Shown here piece after piece: positions 26,701-38,700 of a DNA stretch of 64,000 bases (positions are counted from its first letter, which is position 1; the number at the start of each line of letters is the position of its first letter). A program made the translations under genes and the position numbers. The DNA is from Lytechinus pictus. Lineage: Eukaryota. The notes beneath the pieces were generated by a model. It was not told where the DNA came from. It did no database searches and saw only the letters and a list, made by a program, of their open reading frames with translations. The DNA lies in the NCBI RefSeq assembly GCF_037042905.1, contig NW_026974141.1, positions 8,804,001 to 8,868,000 on the forward strand. The letters are read 5' to 3'.

Positions 26701-29700
26701 TGTGTCCATGTGGCATATTCCCTTGAGTATGTCATTTGAATGTGATTGAGAATGCACCCCCTGCCTTCCCCCCCCCCTCCCCTACCCCATTCCCCTCCCC
26801 CATCCCCTTAGCAGCATTACAGATGGAAAGGAATGGCAAGGGTAGATTTGATTTATTTGGATGTATTAGATACCCCCCCCCCCCTCCCCTCGAATTCACC
26901 ATGACTGGTGTTTTTGGATCTTATTTTCTTCGGAGCAAAGACATCAAATTGTGTAGAATTAAAAATGCTATAAAATGACATTTGAGACAAGGGAATCGAA
27001 ATACGATATCTTCTTTTACAGCAACTGCATCTTTTCTATTTCCCTGAACATGCATACTCATACTAGGTAAAAGAAATAAAAGTTGTCAGTGTTAAACTGT
27101 TCAATTTTCCTCATGTATTCATCACAAATGCTCTACTTTTCCATTTGATGTAGAATGTTGTTTTGAATGTGTTGAATAATATCTATTTTGTGGCTCGAAT
27201 TCATACCTTCATTAAAAAAAAAAGCAAAATGAGCAGCTGCCAGTTTGGGCTCGACCCAATTTTAGAAATGTAAGTATTTGACCTTTATATGCATGCGGAC
27301 GGATTAATGCCAGTGGATCTACATGCTCATGGTTTAATACACGAACACTCTAAAAACTCAACTGACTCAACTACAATTATGATTTTCTTGTTAATAGTTT
27401 CATTTAACGACCATTCCCGACCTGCCACCCCAAAACCAACAATAAGTTGTCCAAAATGAATTATATGGCAAAAAGAAGCTGCTGAAAACTGCTTATCTAA
27501 TAAAAGAGAGCCAATGGAGTAAATTAGAAAGTCAAAAGGGGCCTAAGCTTTCGATCCTAGCAGAATCTTCGTCGGAGGCAAAAAAAAGAAAAGAAATGAA
27601 TTCTGATATTTTATCAAGCTTGAAAAAGCACACCGTCGTACTTTGATACAAAATTGATCAACGGCAATCCTCACAAGTATGTGATGGAGTGAAATTCAGT
27701 GAAAGTTTTGAAGAATATAAATAAGGTTTGAAATTTTGAGTTCACCCAAGCACAAGATGTGCATACTTTACAATCTCTGTCAAGCTTCTAAGAAGTCCAA
27801 AGTAAAGAATTTAAAGGAGCTTTTACATATAACTTTACAACTTTACAAATTTGGACATTTTTAAGGACAAGAATTATTCTTTCAAGTAGGCTAATTTTCA
27901 CTTTTGAAGACAAATTTACTGTGTTGGCCATTTTCAGAGACTCTTCGCTGGCGACTTATTGTTGGTTTTGAAGTCACGATTCACATTTATGTTCATACTT
28001 GATATTTTTTTTAAAGCTCTCTTCAGTTTATTTTGTGATTAGAATTGTAATAAGGCCATAGATCACTGGTTTTTGATAGCTAGTGTATTATGAAATGCCT
28101 ATCTAAATTTGGAGATTTTAAAAAACCATTTCATTACATTAAACACTCTGCCAGTCAAATAAACTTTATGGGTTGAGTGAATATCATATACAATAATATA
28201 AAAAGGAAACATATGAATGCCATTTTCTATGATAATGTGAACCTTGTGTGGTTTGTACATATCTTCATTTTTTCTATAAATTTGAAGAAAACAACACATT
28301 GGTCATTATACTACAATAAAGTTTACAGTCAGAACAAGTTCATCCAAACTTCAAATACAGCCGGAGAAATTTAACAAGTCGACCCGGTTGAAAGAGGACC
28401 CTTTGATAAATGGGATTATATCTTCCATATCATTTTATGATTTTATGATTTTCTTTTTTTTTCCCGCTTTGTAATCCAAACTATTGCATGCTATTAACAA
28501 AATATATCTGATAATACACAGAAAGGATTTTAATTAGGGACATTTGTTGGTGAAATATTCAGGTTTGATTTGGATATCTGTATTTAGAACATTTGGGTGT
28601 GTCATCGGCATAGAAATTAATTTGATTTTCAGAAAATTTATTTAATTTATGTTTAATTCATTACAGTGTAGGTTTCCCTCTAGGGCTGGATTTGGGTAAT
28701 TCCACACAAGAAAAATAGTCAAATGAATGCATAGTAAAAAAATATAGATAATGCTAGAATACTTAAATTCCTGGATTAAATCATAAATCCGAAATTGTGT
28801 CACGATATTCAGTATTTTCATAGTGCATGTTTTATTTTTGAAAACACCATTATTCTGTGAAAGGGACTCAATTTACTGTGTGTAAATAATAGAAAATGAC
28901 ATAAAAATCCTCTAAAAATCATTAAAAAAATGATATGTAATGTAGTACATATCCGCAATATTTATGTAATACATAGTTCTTAAACATACAGCTCAGATTG
29001 CACCACAGCGTATCTAGCAATCCAGAGCTTGACCTGGCCAAAAGGGTCGGGTGCTATGAACACATAATTTGACGTCACTCCCTATCTTATGTCCAGAAGT
29101 TGGCATCTCTACAGCATACATGTATATGGTTAATCATACATTGTATTAACTCATATGATAACAATCGTCTTCTCAACTACCATTATGAGATAAGAGAGTT
29201 TTGTGCATTTTTGGAAATTGCAAGCATAAATGCTCATATCATGGCTGAATAATCCTTTCTCTAATGGAAGCATTGTGAGTATGTTGTACAATGTCGGAAC
29301 ACCTTTCACAACTTAAGCATTCATCAACCATTCCTGTTCATTCAGGATGTGTAAGCACCATGCATTCAGCAACTCATTGATGATGAGCAACTATTAAAAT
29401 CTCTATTATGATTATGCTAGAACACACATTTCCCCTAAACACCAGCATNNNNNNNNNNNNNNNNNNNNNNNNNNNNNNNNNNNNNNNNNNNNNNNNNNNN
29501 NNNNNNNNNNNNNNNNNNNNNNNNNNNNNNNNNNNNNNNNNNNNNNNNNNNNNNNNNNNNNNNNNNNNNNNNNNNNNNNNNNNNNNNNNNNNNNNNNNNN
29601 NNNNNNNNNNNNNNNNNNNTAGTAGTAGTAGAAGTAGTGGTACTTAGTAGTAGAAGTGCATGTAATAGTGTCAGTAGTACATGTAGTACTAGCTAGTAGC

Positions 29701-32700
29701 AGTAACAGTAGTAGTCGTAGCATAGGAGTAAAAGTAGAAGTAGTTGAACAAACAGATCACTAGAGAGAGATTTTCAGTTTACGAATTGATAGTGTTTGAG
29801 GTTCGACCGTTCGCGCCCTTATGGTGTCTTTCGAATGGTGAATTTTATAGTCGGTCCCAAAAGCAAATGATAACACATTGATACATCGCTATAAAGCCTC
29901 AAGTACAAACACTCAGTATCCTCTTTCTATACTACGCCGCATGTTCCACGACCTTCCGGATCTTCTCTTTCATTGTCTTGATTAGCAACAGCATGCCAAT
30001 GGCTGCCCAAACTGCATTCGCTTTGAATGAGTTGATGATGAGGCTCTGAACAAACTTCTATTTCTTCCTTTATAAAAATTATAACTACATGTATCTCTTT
30101 TGACAGTTGGCATTATGAAATAAAGACCGTGCATAACGTATCGTATCATATTAGGATCCTTCTTGTCGCTATCAACTTTGAGTATCATGTACATGTACAT
30201 GTAGAAGTACATCATGCACCAATAGCAACCTCTGAAGAGCTACAAGCAAGAGTCGTAACTGGCAATCTTTACAGAAACACATGTTCTGTTGTACATAAAT
30301 GCAATAAAAAATGAATGAAACTATGGTATTGAATGTAGTGTACATGTGTACATACTAACATTTTTGTGAAAGTGAAAATTGTGTTTCATAAAGCTGTTTG
30401 TATTAAAGCTATGAGCAACTTTATAAATGACTCTGTACCCTATTCTTGTTGTAAATGATATACACCAGATTTGCATAGGTGGTGATTTAGTTCCTAAGAA
30501 AGGATCACCAGTAAAGTCGCTTGTTACGTAATGTACGAACAGCTCTATTAAACACTTACCTGAGGGGTGTTTCATGAAAGTTGTCAGCGCTGACTAAATT
30601 GTCAGAGCTGACAATTTCAGTAAAATCCTTGGTTTTGATTGGCTGAGAGGTACTAACCTCTGACTGTTACCATGGTAACTGTCAGAGAAAGACAAGTTGT
30701 CAGTGCTGACAACTTCATGAAACGGTCCCCAGGTTTCCAACCTTAGAGTTAAATGTATAGTGGTGCCCGAAAGTTAGTGAACCCCATCAGAAAAAGAAGT
30801 ATTCAAGTTCTGCAATGTTTTAATGTAGATATTGAATTGTGAAGTCAGGTGATAAAATAATGCATTTGATTCAATAAAGTTTGTTTCTCCAGACCTGCAG
30901 AACATTGTAGTGTTGTCTATAATTCAACACTCAGCATGAAGGAGTGCATGTTGCGGTGGGGTTCACTAACTTTTTAGCACAACTGTATGTGTAGATGTAA
31001 GAGTGTACAGGACCCACTAGATGGATGGAGCTTATAAAGTTGGCTGATGTTTTGATAATGCTATGTTTTTAATGATTTTTTTCCTAGCTGCTGTACGAAG
31101 AATGGGCAAGGCCAGGAAGATGGTACAAGAAGCAACCTTTGGATCTTATCAGGTTTGTCAACATGCAATAAAACAGAGAAACCTGTCTATAGTGACCACC
31201 TAGAAAAAAATGTGGTACTTACTGGTGGATGGCTCCTATAGATCGGTTCTTATACACATACATGTATATACACATGGAAACTGGTCTGAAGGGACCACCT
31301 TTATAAAGGGAGGTGGCTGCTATAGACATTTTTTTATATACACATACACATGCGCAATGACACTTGTTTTTAATGACCACCTATTAAGGTGAACAATTGT
31401 GACCTTTTTGAGTAGGTGGCTGCTATAGACAGGTTCTTACGATTTTAACCTGAAAAAGATAAATGTTTATGGGAGATGAAACAAATTATATGAGAATTTA
31501 TTTGCTCTACCATTTCAATTTATTAAGCATTGTGAAATTATGTAATTTATTATCGTGTAATATATAGGCCTATGTAATAATAGCAGGGCCCGCAGGGAGA
31601 ACAGTTTTCGTAAATGAAGTGGCTACCCTGGGTAAATATGCTGTTATTATTATTATTATTGAGTTTGAGTTTATTCTATATTATTATATTCTTGTTCTTG
31701 TCTTATAAAACATTCTGCAATTCAGCCTCTGGCTGCAAATAAATTGTTTTATAAACCATGGAGGGTAATTCATGGAGGGCAGTTGACAGGTGCATTCACT
31801 GTGAAAACAGGAGTTAGACAAGGGTGTCTCCTTTCACCCTTTCTCTTCTTTTTGGCCATTGACTGGATTATGAAGTCTTTCACCATTACCGAGCGCAATT
31901 GAGTTTGAGATTAGTGCACTGATACGCATTCTTCTCACATTAATGAACATTATAATTATACTCTTTTTTAATACTCTTTATGATTACAGGCGGTACTTTG
32001 GAGAGAAGATTGGTATCTACTTCTGTTGGTTGGGTTTCTACACCGAGATGTTGACATGGGCTGGATTTGTTGGTCTGATTGTATTCCTCTATGGATGTAT
32101 CTCCCTACCGAGCAGTACAGTGGTGTAAGTACTTTCATCTTTTCCTTTGGGATGTTGTCCAGTTCGCTTTTTCTTTCTTTCTTTTGCTTTGTTGCTGTTT
32201 TTGTTGCTCTTGTTCCTCTTCNNNNNNNNNNNNNNNNNNNNNNNNNNNNNNNNNNNNNNNNNNNNNNNNNNNNNNNNNNNNNNNNNNNNNNNNNNNNNNN
32301 NNNNNNNNNNNNNNNNNNNNNNNNNNNNNNNNNNNNNNNNNNNNNNNNNNNNNNNNNNNNNNNNNNNNNNNNNNNNNNNNNNNNNNNNNNNNNNNNNNNN
32401 NNNNNNNNNNNCCTCCTTGTTGTTATTCTCCTCCTCATTTTCTCCTCTCCCCTCCATCTTTTCTTTCCTTCCTCTTCTTTTTCTTATGCTTCATTTTCTT
32501 ATGCTTCAATCCCAATCTCCATCCTCTTCCTCCTCTCCTTTCCTCTTCATCTCAATCTTATACTTGCCTCTTTTTTGGTCTTTTCAATAATGTTGTTTTG
32601 TTCTATTTATCTGGTTTAATATAATAATATTACCCAGTTCTTGTATAGCGATTATCATGTACCAGTCCACTTCCAAAGGTACTACAATGTTATTACCCCG

Positions 32701-35700
32701 GCTTTAGCTTGGCAAGTTTTTTACAACGCACAAACATTGCAAGGAACCAACTCTTGCCAGATACCCATTTACCTCATCTGGGTTGAGTGCATCACGATGT
32801 GGATTATTATCTGTTTCTATTTTTGCTATACTAGGAACGAGATCTGTGAAGGCACTGACATCATCATGTGTCCGCTGTGTGATAAGAGATGTCCGTACTG
32901 GACGTTATCGGACAGTTGTTTCTACTCTAAGGTGAGTGAGAGATTGTTGTTCCATTGCCCATATTCTGAAGGTTGTGGTGTAACTATGGATAGCCAATTG
33001 TTTTTAATCTCAAACGAGAAAGATATAAATTGACAGCACATTCGATTCAGTGCTCTCTTCCTTCATAACTGTTTGTGAATGATGAATGAAATAGTTCTCT
33101 TCACCAAAAAAGCTTTGAAAGAGAACACTGAAGTTATTGGAAGCATACGATTTTAATAAGATTTTGTACATTTCGGATTTCCATGTTTTTAGCTCAGAGT
33201 TAGACCATGGCCAAGTTAAACCTGACTTCAGCATTTGGGCCCATATATACATTATCATCTGCATCCGTGAGTCTCGAAATATGATGATTAAGCGCTAGGT
33301 AATGCATTTCCTAGAGTGGTTGTACAGTACAGTCCCATAGAGTGGCAATCTCTAGAGCAATTTGTACAGATGAAGGAAAGTTGGTGCTGAGACAGATGTG
33401 CTGCCCTTCCCTTCCTCTTAGCTCTTCAGTTTGCTAGTTAAACACGCTGATCATTTCAACCTCTACCCTAAAAGAGACTTTTGTCACAATTGGCTGTCCA
33501 TACAATGTAGTTGAACCAAAGTCTAGACCAGAGTTTCAATTAAACCCAAGTTCTGAATACAAGCCTACATGTATGAATGCTACTGTGCTGTTATTATTAT
33601 CAATTGTGGAATCATTAGAATTTCATACATTTTTTCCGTCAAATCTCTCTTCACAGCTGACGTACCTGTTTGATAATGAAGCGACGGTCTTCTTTGCTTG
33701 TTTCATGTCCCTCTGGGGTGAGTATATTGAACTCATAGAGACACACAGCTTTCATAAGGTTTCAAACTTAATCTGCTTTTGATCCACAAATTGGCAACAA
33801 TTGTTGATTTTCATTACATTTTCATACTTTGAAAAATAGAATGTTGATATGACTTGATCAAAAGCTTAAAAAAAACCCATTTTATTAGTGATTTTGTTTC
33901 CATTACATTGCCAATTTGCATGTTATTAGTGATTTTGTTGTTTCCATTGCATTGCCAATTTAGAGTGTGTAATATGATAAAATTAATCTGTTTTTGGTCC
34001 TCAAATTGGCAGCAGTTGTTAGGTTTGTATTCATTATATCCATTGTCATACCTTAAAAATAGAATATGGATCTGACATGAGTGGATGAATAGAAGAAAAT
34101 GGTGCCGATTTATATTTTATTAGTTTAATATCTTATTATTTCCATTACTCTGCCAATTTAGAGTGTTAAATGATTTGCTTGATAATTGTGTCAAACAAAA
34201 TTCATGATGAACTCTACAATGCAAGTGTAAATGTGAGTTAGCGAACATCTTGAATTTTGATATAGAAATCAATTTTGTTATAAAGCTGTTTGATTGATCA
34301 GGAATTTAATATTTTTCTTTTCTTGTTTGTTAACTTATTTTTTTGTTTTTGCAGCCACCATGTTCTGTGAATTCTGGAAAAGAAGACAGAACACGATTGA
34401 CTATGACTGGGACTTGTTTGGCTTTGAAGAACAGGAGGTATGCTATAATCAGAACCAGCGGGTGTTACATAAAATAGATATACTTGATATTTACAATTGA
34501 TCATAACCTTTTGTACATGGTTTACTATAGACTTCAATTTATGTTTGATTGATGAATTTATTATATCTTGTATGTCATAGGAAGCTAGTTTTTAAAGTCA
34601 AAGTGATGAAAGTTCATAATATTAATCAGTGGCGGACCGTGACCCGGAGGAGACAAAGCATTGGAGGGGCACAGCATTGTTCACAAACAATACAGTGCCC
34701 TTCCAATCATTTGTCTCTCCGGGTCACGGTCCGCCACTGATATTAATAATAATAATAATAGTCAGTTCCTGTATAGCGCATAACACATTATGAATAACGT
34801 CTCTATGCGCTTCCAAAGGACTTGGATATTATTACCCCGGCTGTAGTTCAAGCAGCCTTTCCAGCGCTCGGCATTTCAAGGAATAAATTCCTGCCAGGTA
34901 CCCATTCACCTCACCTGCGTTGAGTGGAGCACAATGTGGATAAATTTCTTGCTGAAGGAAACTATGCCATGGCTGGGATTTGAACCCAGGACCCTCTGTT
35001 TCAAAGTCCAGAGACTAATCCACTGGGCCACAATGCTCCACAATTTGTTTCTTTTCTTATTTAAGTTTTTATTGAAAGTTAGTTTCTATCTTACCAGTGG
35101 CGTATTAAAAAAAAAAACGTGTGGAACAGAACATCGTGTATCAGAAAAATTTACTGGATTGTCGCAAATAAAGTTACCCTTTGAAAGTTGTGGTGGAATA
35201 GAACATAATCAACTAATTTTTATGTAAAATTACTATTACATGTAGGGCTTACAGTTGATTTTGGAACGTATGCTTGATTTGGCAATGAGTGCAAGTTTCT
35301 TGCAATGCCCCATAAGATGTTTGCCATTAAATCAATGCCAGAATTTCTTTTAATTTTCATAATAATTTGAAACCAAAAAAATATGCTACAAGAATATTTT
35401 CCCTCTTTTTAGGAGAACATTCGTCCTGAGTTTGAGGCCAAGGCACCAGACCGAAGAGTCAGTCCCATCACCAACGTAAGTTATTCAAATCATGTTTTCC
35501 TCCTATTTTCTTAACAGTTTGATCTCGCAGTAATATGTTAACAAACAATGTGAAAAATAGAATACTTCAGATGTCCACTTTCTCAACAGACACCTGTTCC
35601 AAAAAGAGTCTTAAAAATTATTGTCCCAAACAAATTACTTTATATTCATGATATATGAAATTATATAAAGAAGTACAATTCATTTTGGCATGAATAAGTT

Positions 35701-38700
35701 ATGACCAAACTTTTATTTTTGGAGAATAAAAAAAAATAATGATTTACTTCACTTAAATGAATAAAAAGATATTAATGAAAATTGAAGATTCCTTTCATAA
35801 TTTATATTGGAAGTAAATTCTGCAAAACAGATATTGATAGTGCCATATTTAGGGAAGTAATTTTGAATATGCAACCTTTGATGTGAATTTGATTATTCAT
35901 ATTACTCTGCCAGATGTTTGAGTTTATATCAATTATTTATGACAATGCATGGGCTCTGTTCCATTGAAGTTGTTATCAATGACATTTTAAAATACACTGC
36001 TTTAAGATAAAAAAAATCCTTGTCCATGATTTCCTGAGAGCAAGGTTGTCATCGAACATCTAATTACTGTTATGGAAACATGTTTTGTGGAACAGGGTTC
36101 ATTCAAACAGTGGTTTTTCTTTGTAGTGCTTGTTTCCAGATCATTTTGATGTTCTTTCACTTTATATTTCTGAGATTTTTTCCATTTATAATAAACATCT
36201 AGTGTGTTCATTGATGCCTCCTGTTTGATAATGCTGTAAAGCCTTCCTCACACTGACTGATTGATTGTTGCAACTGGATATTCATATAAATCGCAAAAAG
36301 ATGGGATATGGAGTTTCAAATTTTTAGGTGTATCTGACCGTGTTCCAAAATTATCTTCCAAACTTAAATTTTTCAATTTTTAGCTTTTAAGTCATAGGAG
36401 GGGCCAAACTGAATCCCAGTTGACCAGGGCCCTGTCTTACAAAGACTTATGATTGATCCAATCAATCTCAAGTATATGGAAATCCATCAATGGCATAATT
36501 TTTTCTGTAGGAAATTTGCTCAATGTCCTTTGAAAACAAAGAGAAGCATACTGAATTGTCAAGGAAAGCAGTAAACGTATGAACATACATCATTTCTACA
36601 AAATATTCTTGAACAAACATATCTATTAGATGTTGATGTTGCTGGCTTTCCATAGTTGTGGTTGATTGGGTCAGTGGCAACTCTTTGTAAGAAGGGCCCC
36701 AGCTGTGATTGGTGTGACCTCACTGTGACTTTGTCCCATTTTGCCATTGTCTAGAAATAAATGGGCCACCTGCAATCTTGGTATTCCTTTTCATTCAGGA
36801 TATCAATTCAAAAGAAAAGAATTTTCCTTGTAATTATTGTAGGCAACATCCTGATTTCTTTAAAAATAAGAAATCCAGTCGCAACCAATCACACAGTCTG
36901 AGGCAGGTTTGATATTGCCTCTGCTATTGATGCCATGCACGTTTTCCCCCCCAAAAGAAATATAATGCAACAATCATCATCTTGATCGTCTTCTTTTATA
37001 CTGACCAGTTCTTCTCCACTCCCTGTATGCAGAGGTGCCAAAAAACCCTTGTTTGGAAGCCGAAGAGATGGGAACCAGAAACAACTTTGAAATTATGGAT
37101 CTCCTGTCCTGTCATCTTGTTCTTTTGTGTGTCTCTCCATGTTTGCTGTTAAAAGTTTGTTCTCTTTTTCAGATTGTAAGAGGTTGGACAAAGGAACTTC
37201 TACTCACGGTCCCGTTTCATAAAGACTTGTTATAATAACAAATGTTCGAATTCTGTAACAAATCTACTATCAGCCAATCAGATTGAAGGATTTCAGTGTC
37301 TTACACGTATATCTGTGATTGTGTTATTATAACAAGTTTTATGAAACTGACCCCATGAATGAGTCTAAGTATGGAATACCAATTGCCAATTAATGATTGC
37401 TGATTGAACAAGTTCATTTCCAAGCCAACTCATTTTCATTTGCTTCTTGTGCACTATTGTACAATCGGTCACCATTAAATATCCCCTTTTCCACCCGAAT
37501 CTTGTAGAATCACGAGTCGTACATCAAACCGAGAAAGAGGTTCCCCCGTGTCTGGGCCTCGGTGCTGTCTGTCGTTTTCCTGGTGAGGAGATTTCAGAAA
37601 GGACCGTGAAAATGTCTCCACTTTGTAACATTTCTTGATGTGAACTAATATTATTTGCTTGATGCTTCTCAGGTTGATGCATTGTCGTCACTGGCTCGTG
37701 GATCGTGACCACACACCTTTCAAGTATTCTTAAAACCTGGGGAGCATTTCATGAAACAGTGAATTTCACTCACTACGTTATAAGCTACCAAAATCCTTGC
37801 ATCTGATTGGCTCAGAGCAAATGTGTATTTGAAAAACACTATTTCTTCCATGAAACAGTTCCCAGGCTTGCTATTTCAGTTTTCTTTTTTAATGTAAATT
37901 ATTGTCCAAATTAAAATGCATTCCGGTAGAGCGGGAGTCTTTGGATTTTCCACATTTGAATATAGACCCAAGCCAAGCAGCCATCCATTCCGACAGGAAC
38001 AACTATGCAATGTTTCATAAAGACTTGCTATTGTAGCTTGTCCAATGGTACGACTTGAATGAGTAGACCTTCCATAAGTTGAATATTCACTAAATTTTAT
38101 ACGATTTTGCAAAAAAAATTGTCATGTACCTTTTCTATTAAATCAAATTTCTCATGAGTCAAACAGGTTTCTGTTGTCCCAAAAGATTCAAAGGCAAATT
38201 TACCTGTTAAATGAAATGCCTAATTTTTATTGGCTGCTGAATCATAATGGCAAAGTTTTGAAGATCTCTATGAAACTAGGCCCAATTGAGACATTTTTGG
38301 GTCATATTATGAATGGGTAAAAAATAATATCTTTATCATAAATTGCTTGATTTTTTTTTTGGTGTTGGATAAGAAGAATGGATTCTCATCTAGGCATGAA
38401 TAATCAACATTTCTTTGTTTGCAGGCATCCTGACTGAAATGCACATTATTGGTGTTGATGATTTAAAACATATGCATTTTATATCAGGTTCACTTGAAAG
38501 CAAATATCTACCTGGTGATTGGATTATCTCCGAATATATGTTGGCAGGATCATGAATATTCATTATGTCTATATCACATTATGTCCTGTGGTTAAATTGT
38601 TTTCTTGTTACATTGCATATGTCCAATGTACATTTCAATGTGTGTTTTTGGATACATGAATATTCATTGATTCGTTTGAGAATATTCATGATGTATCCCA

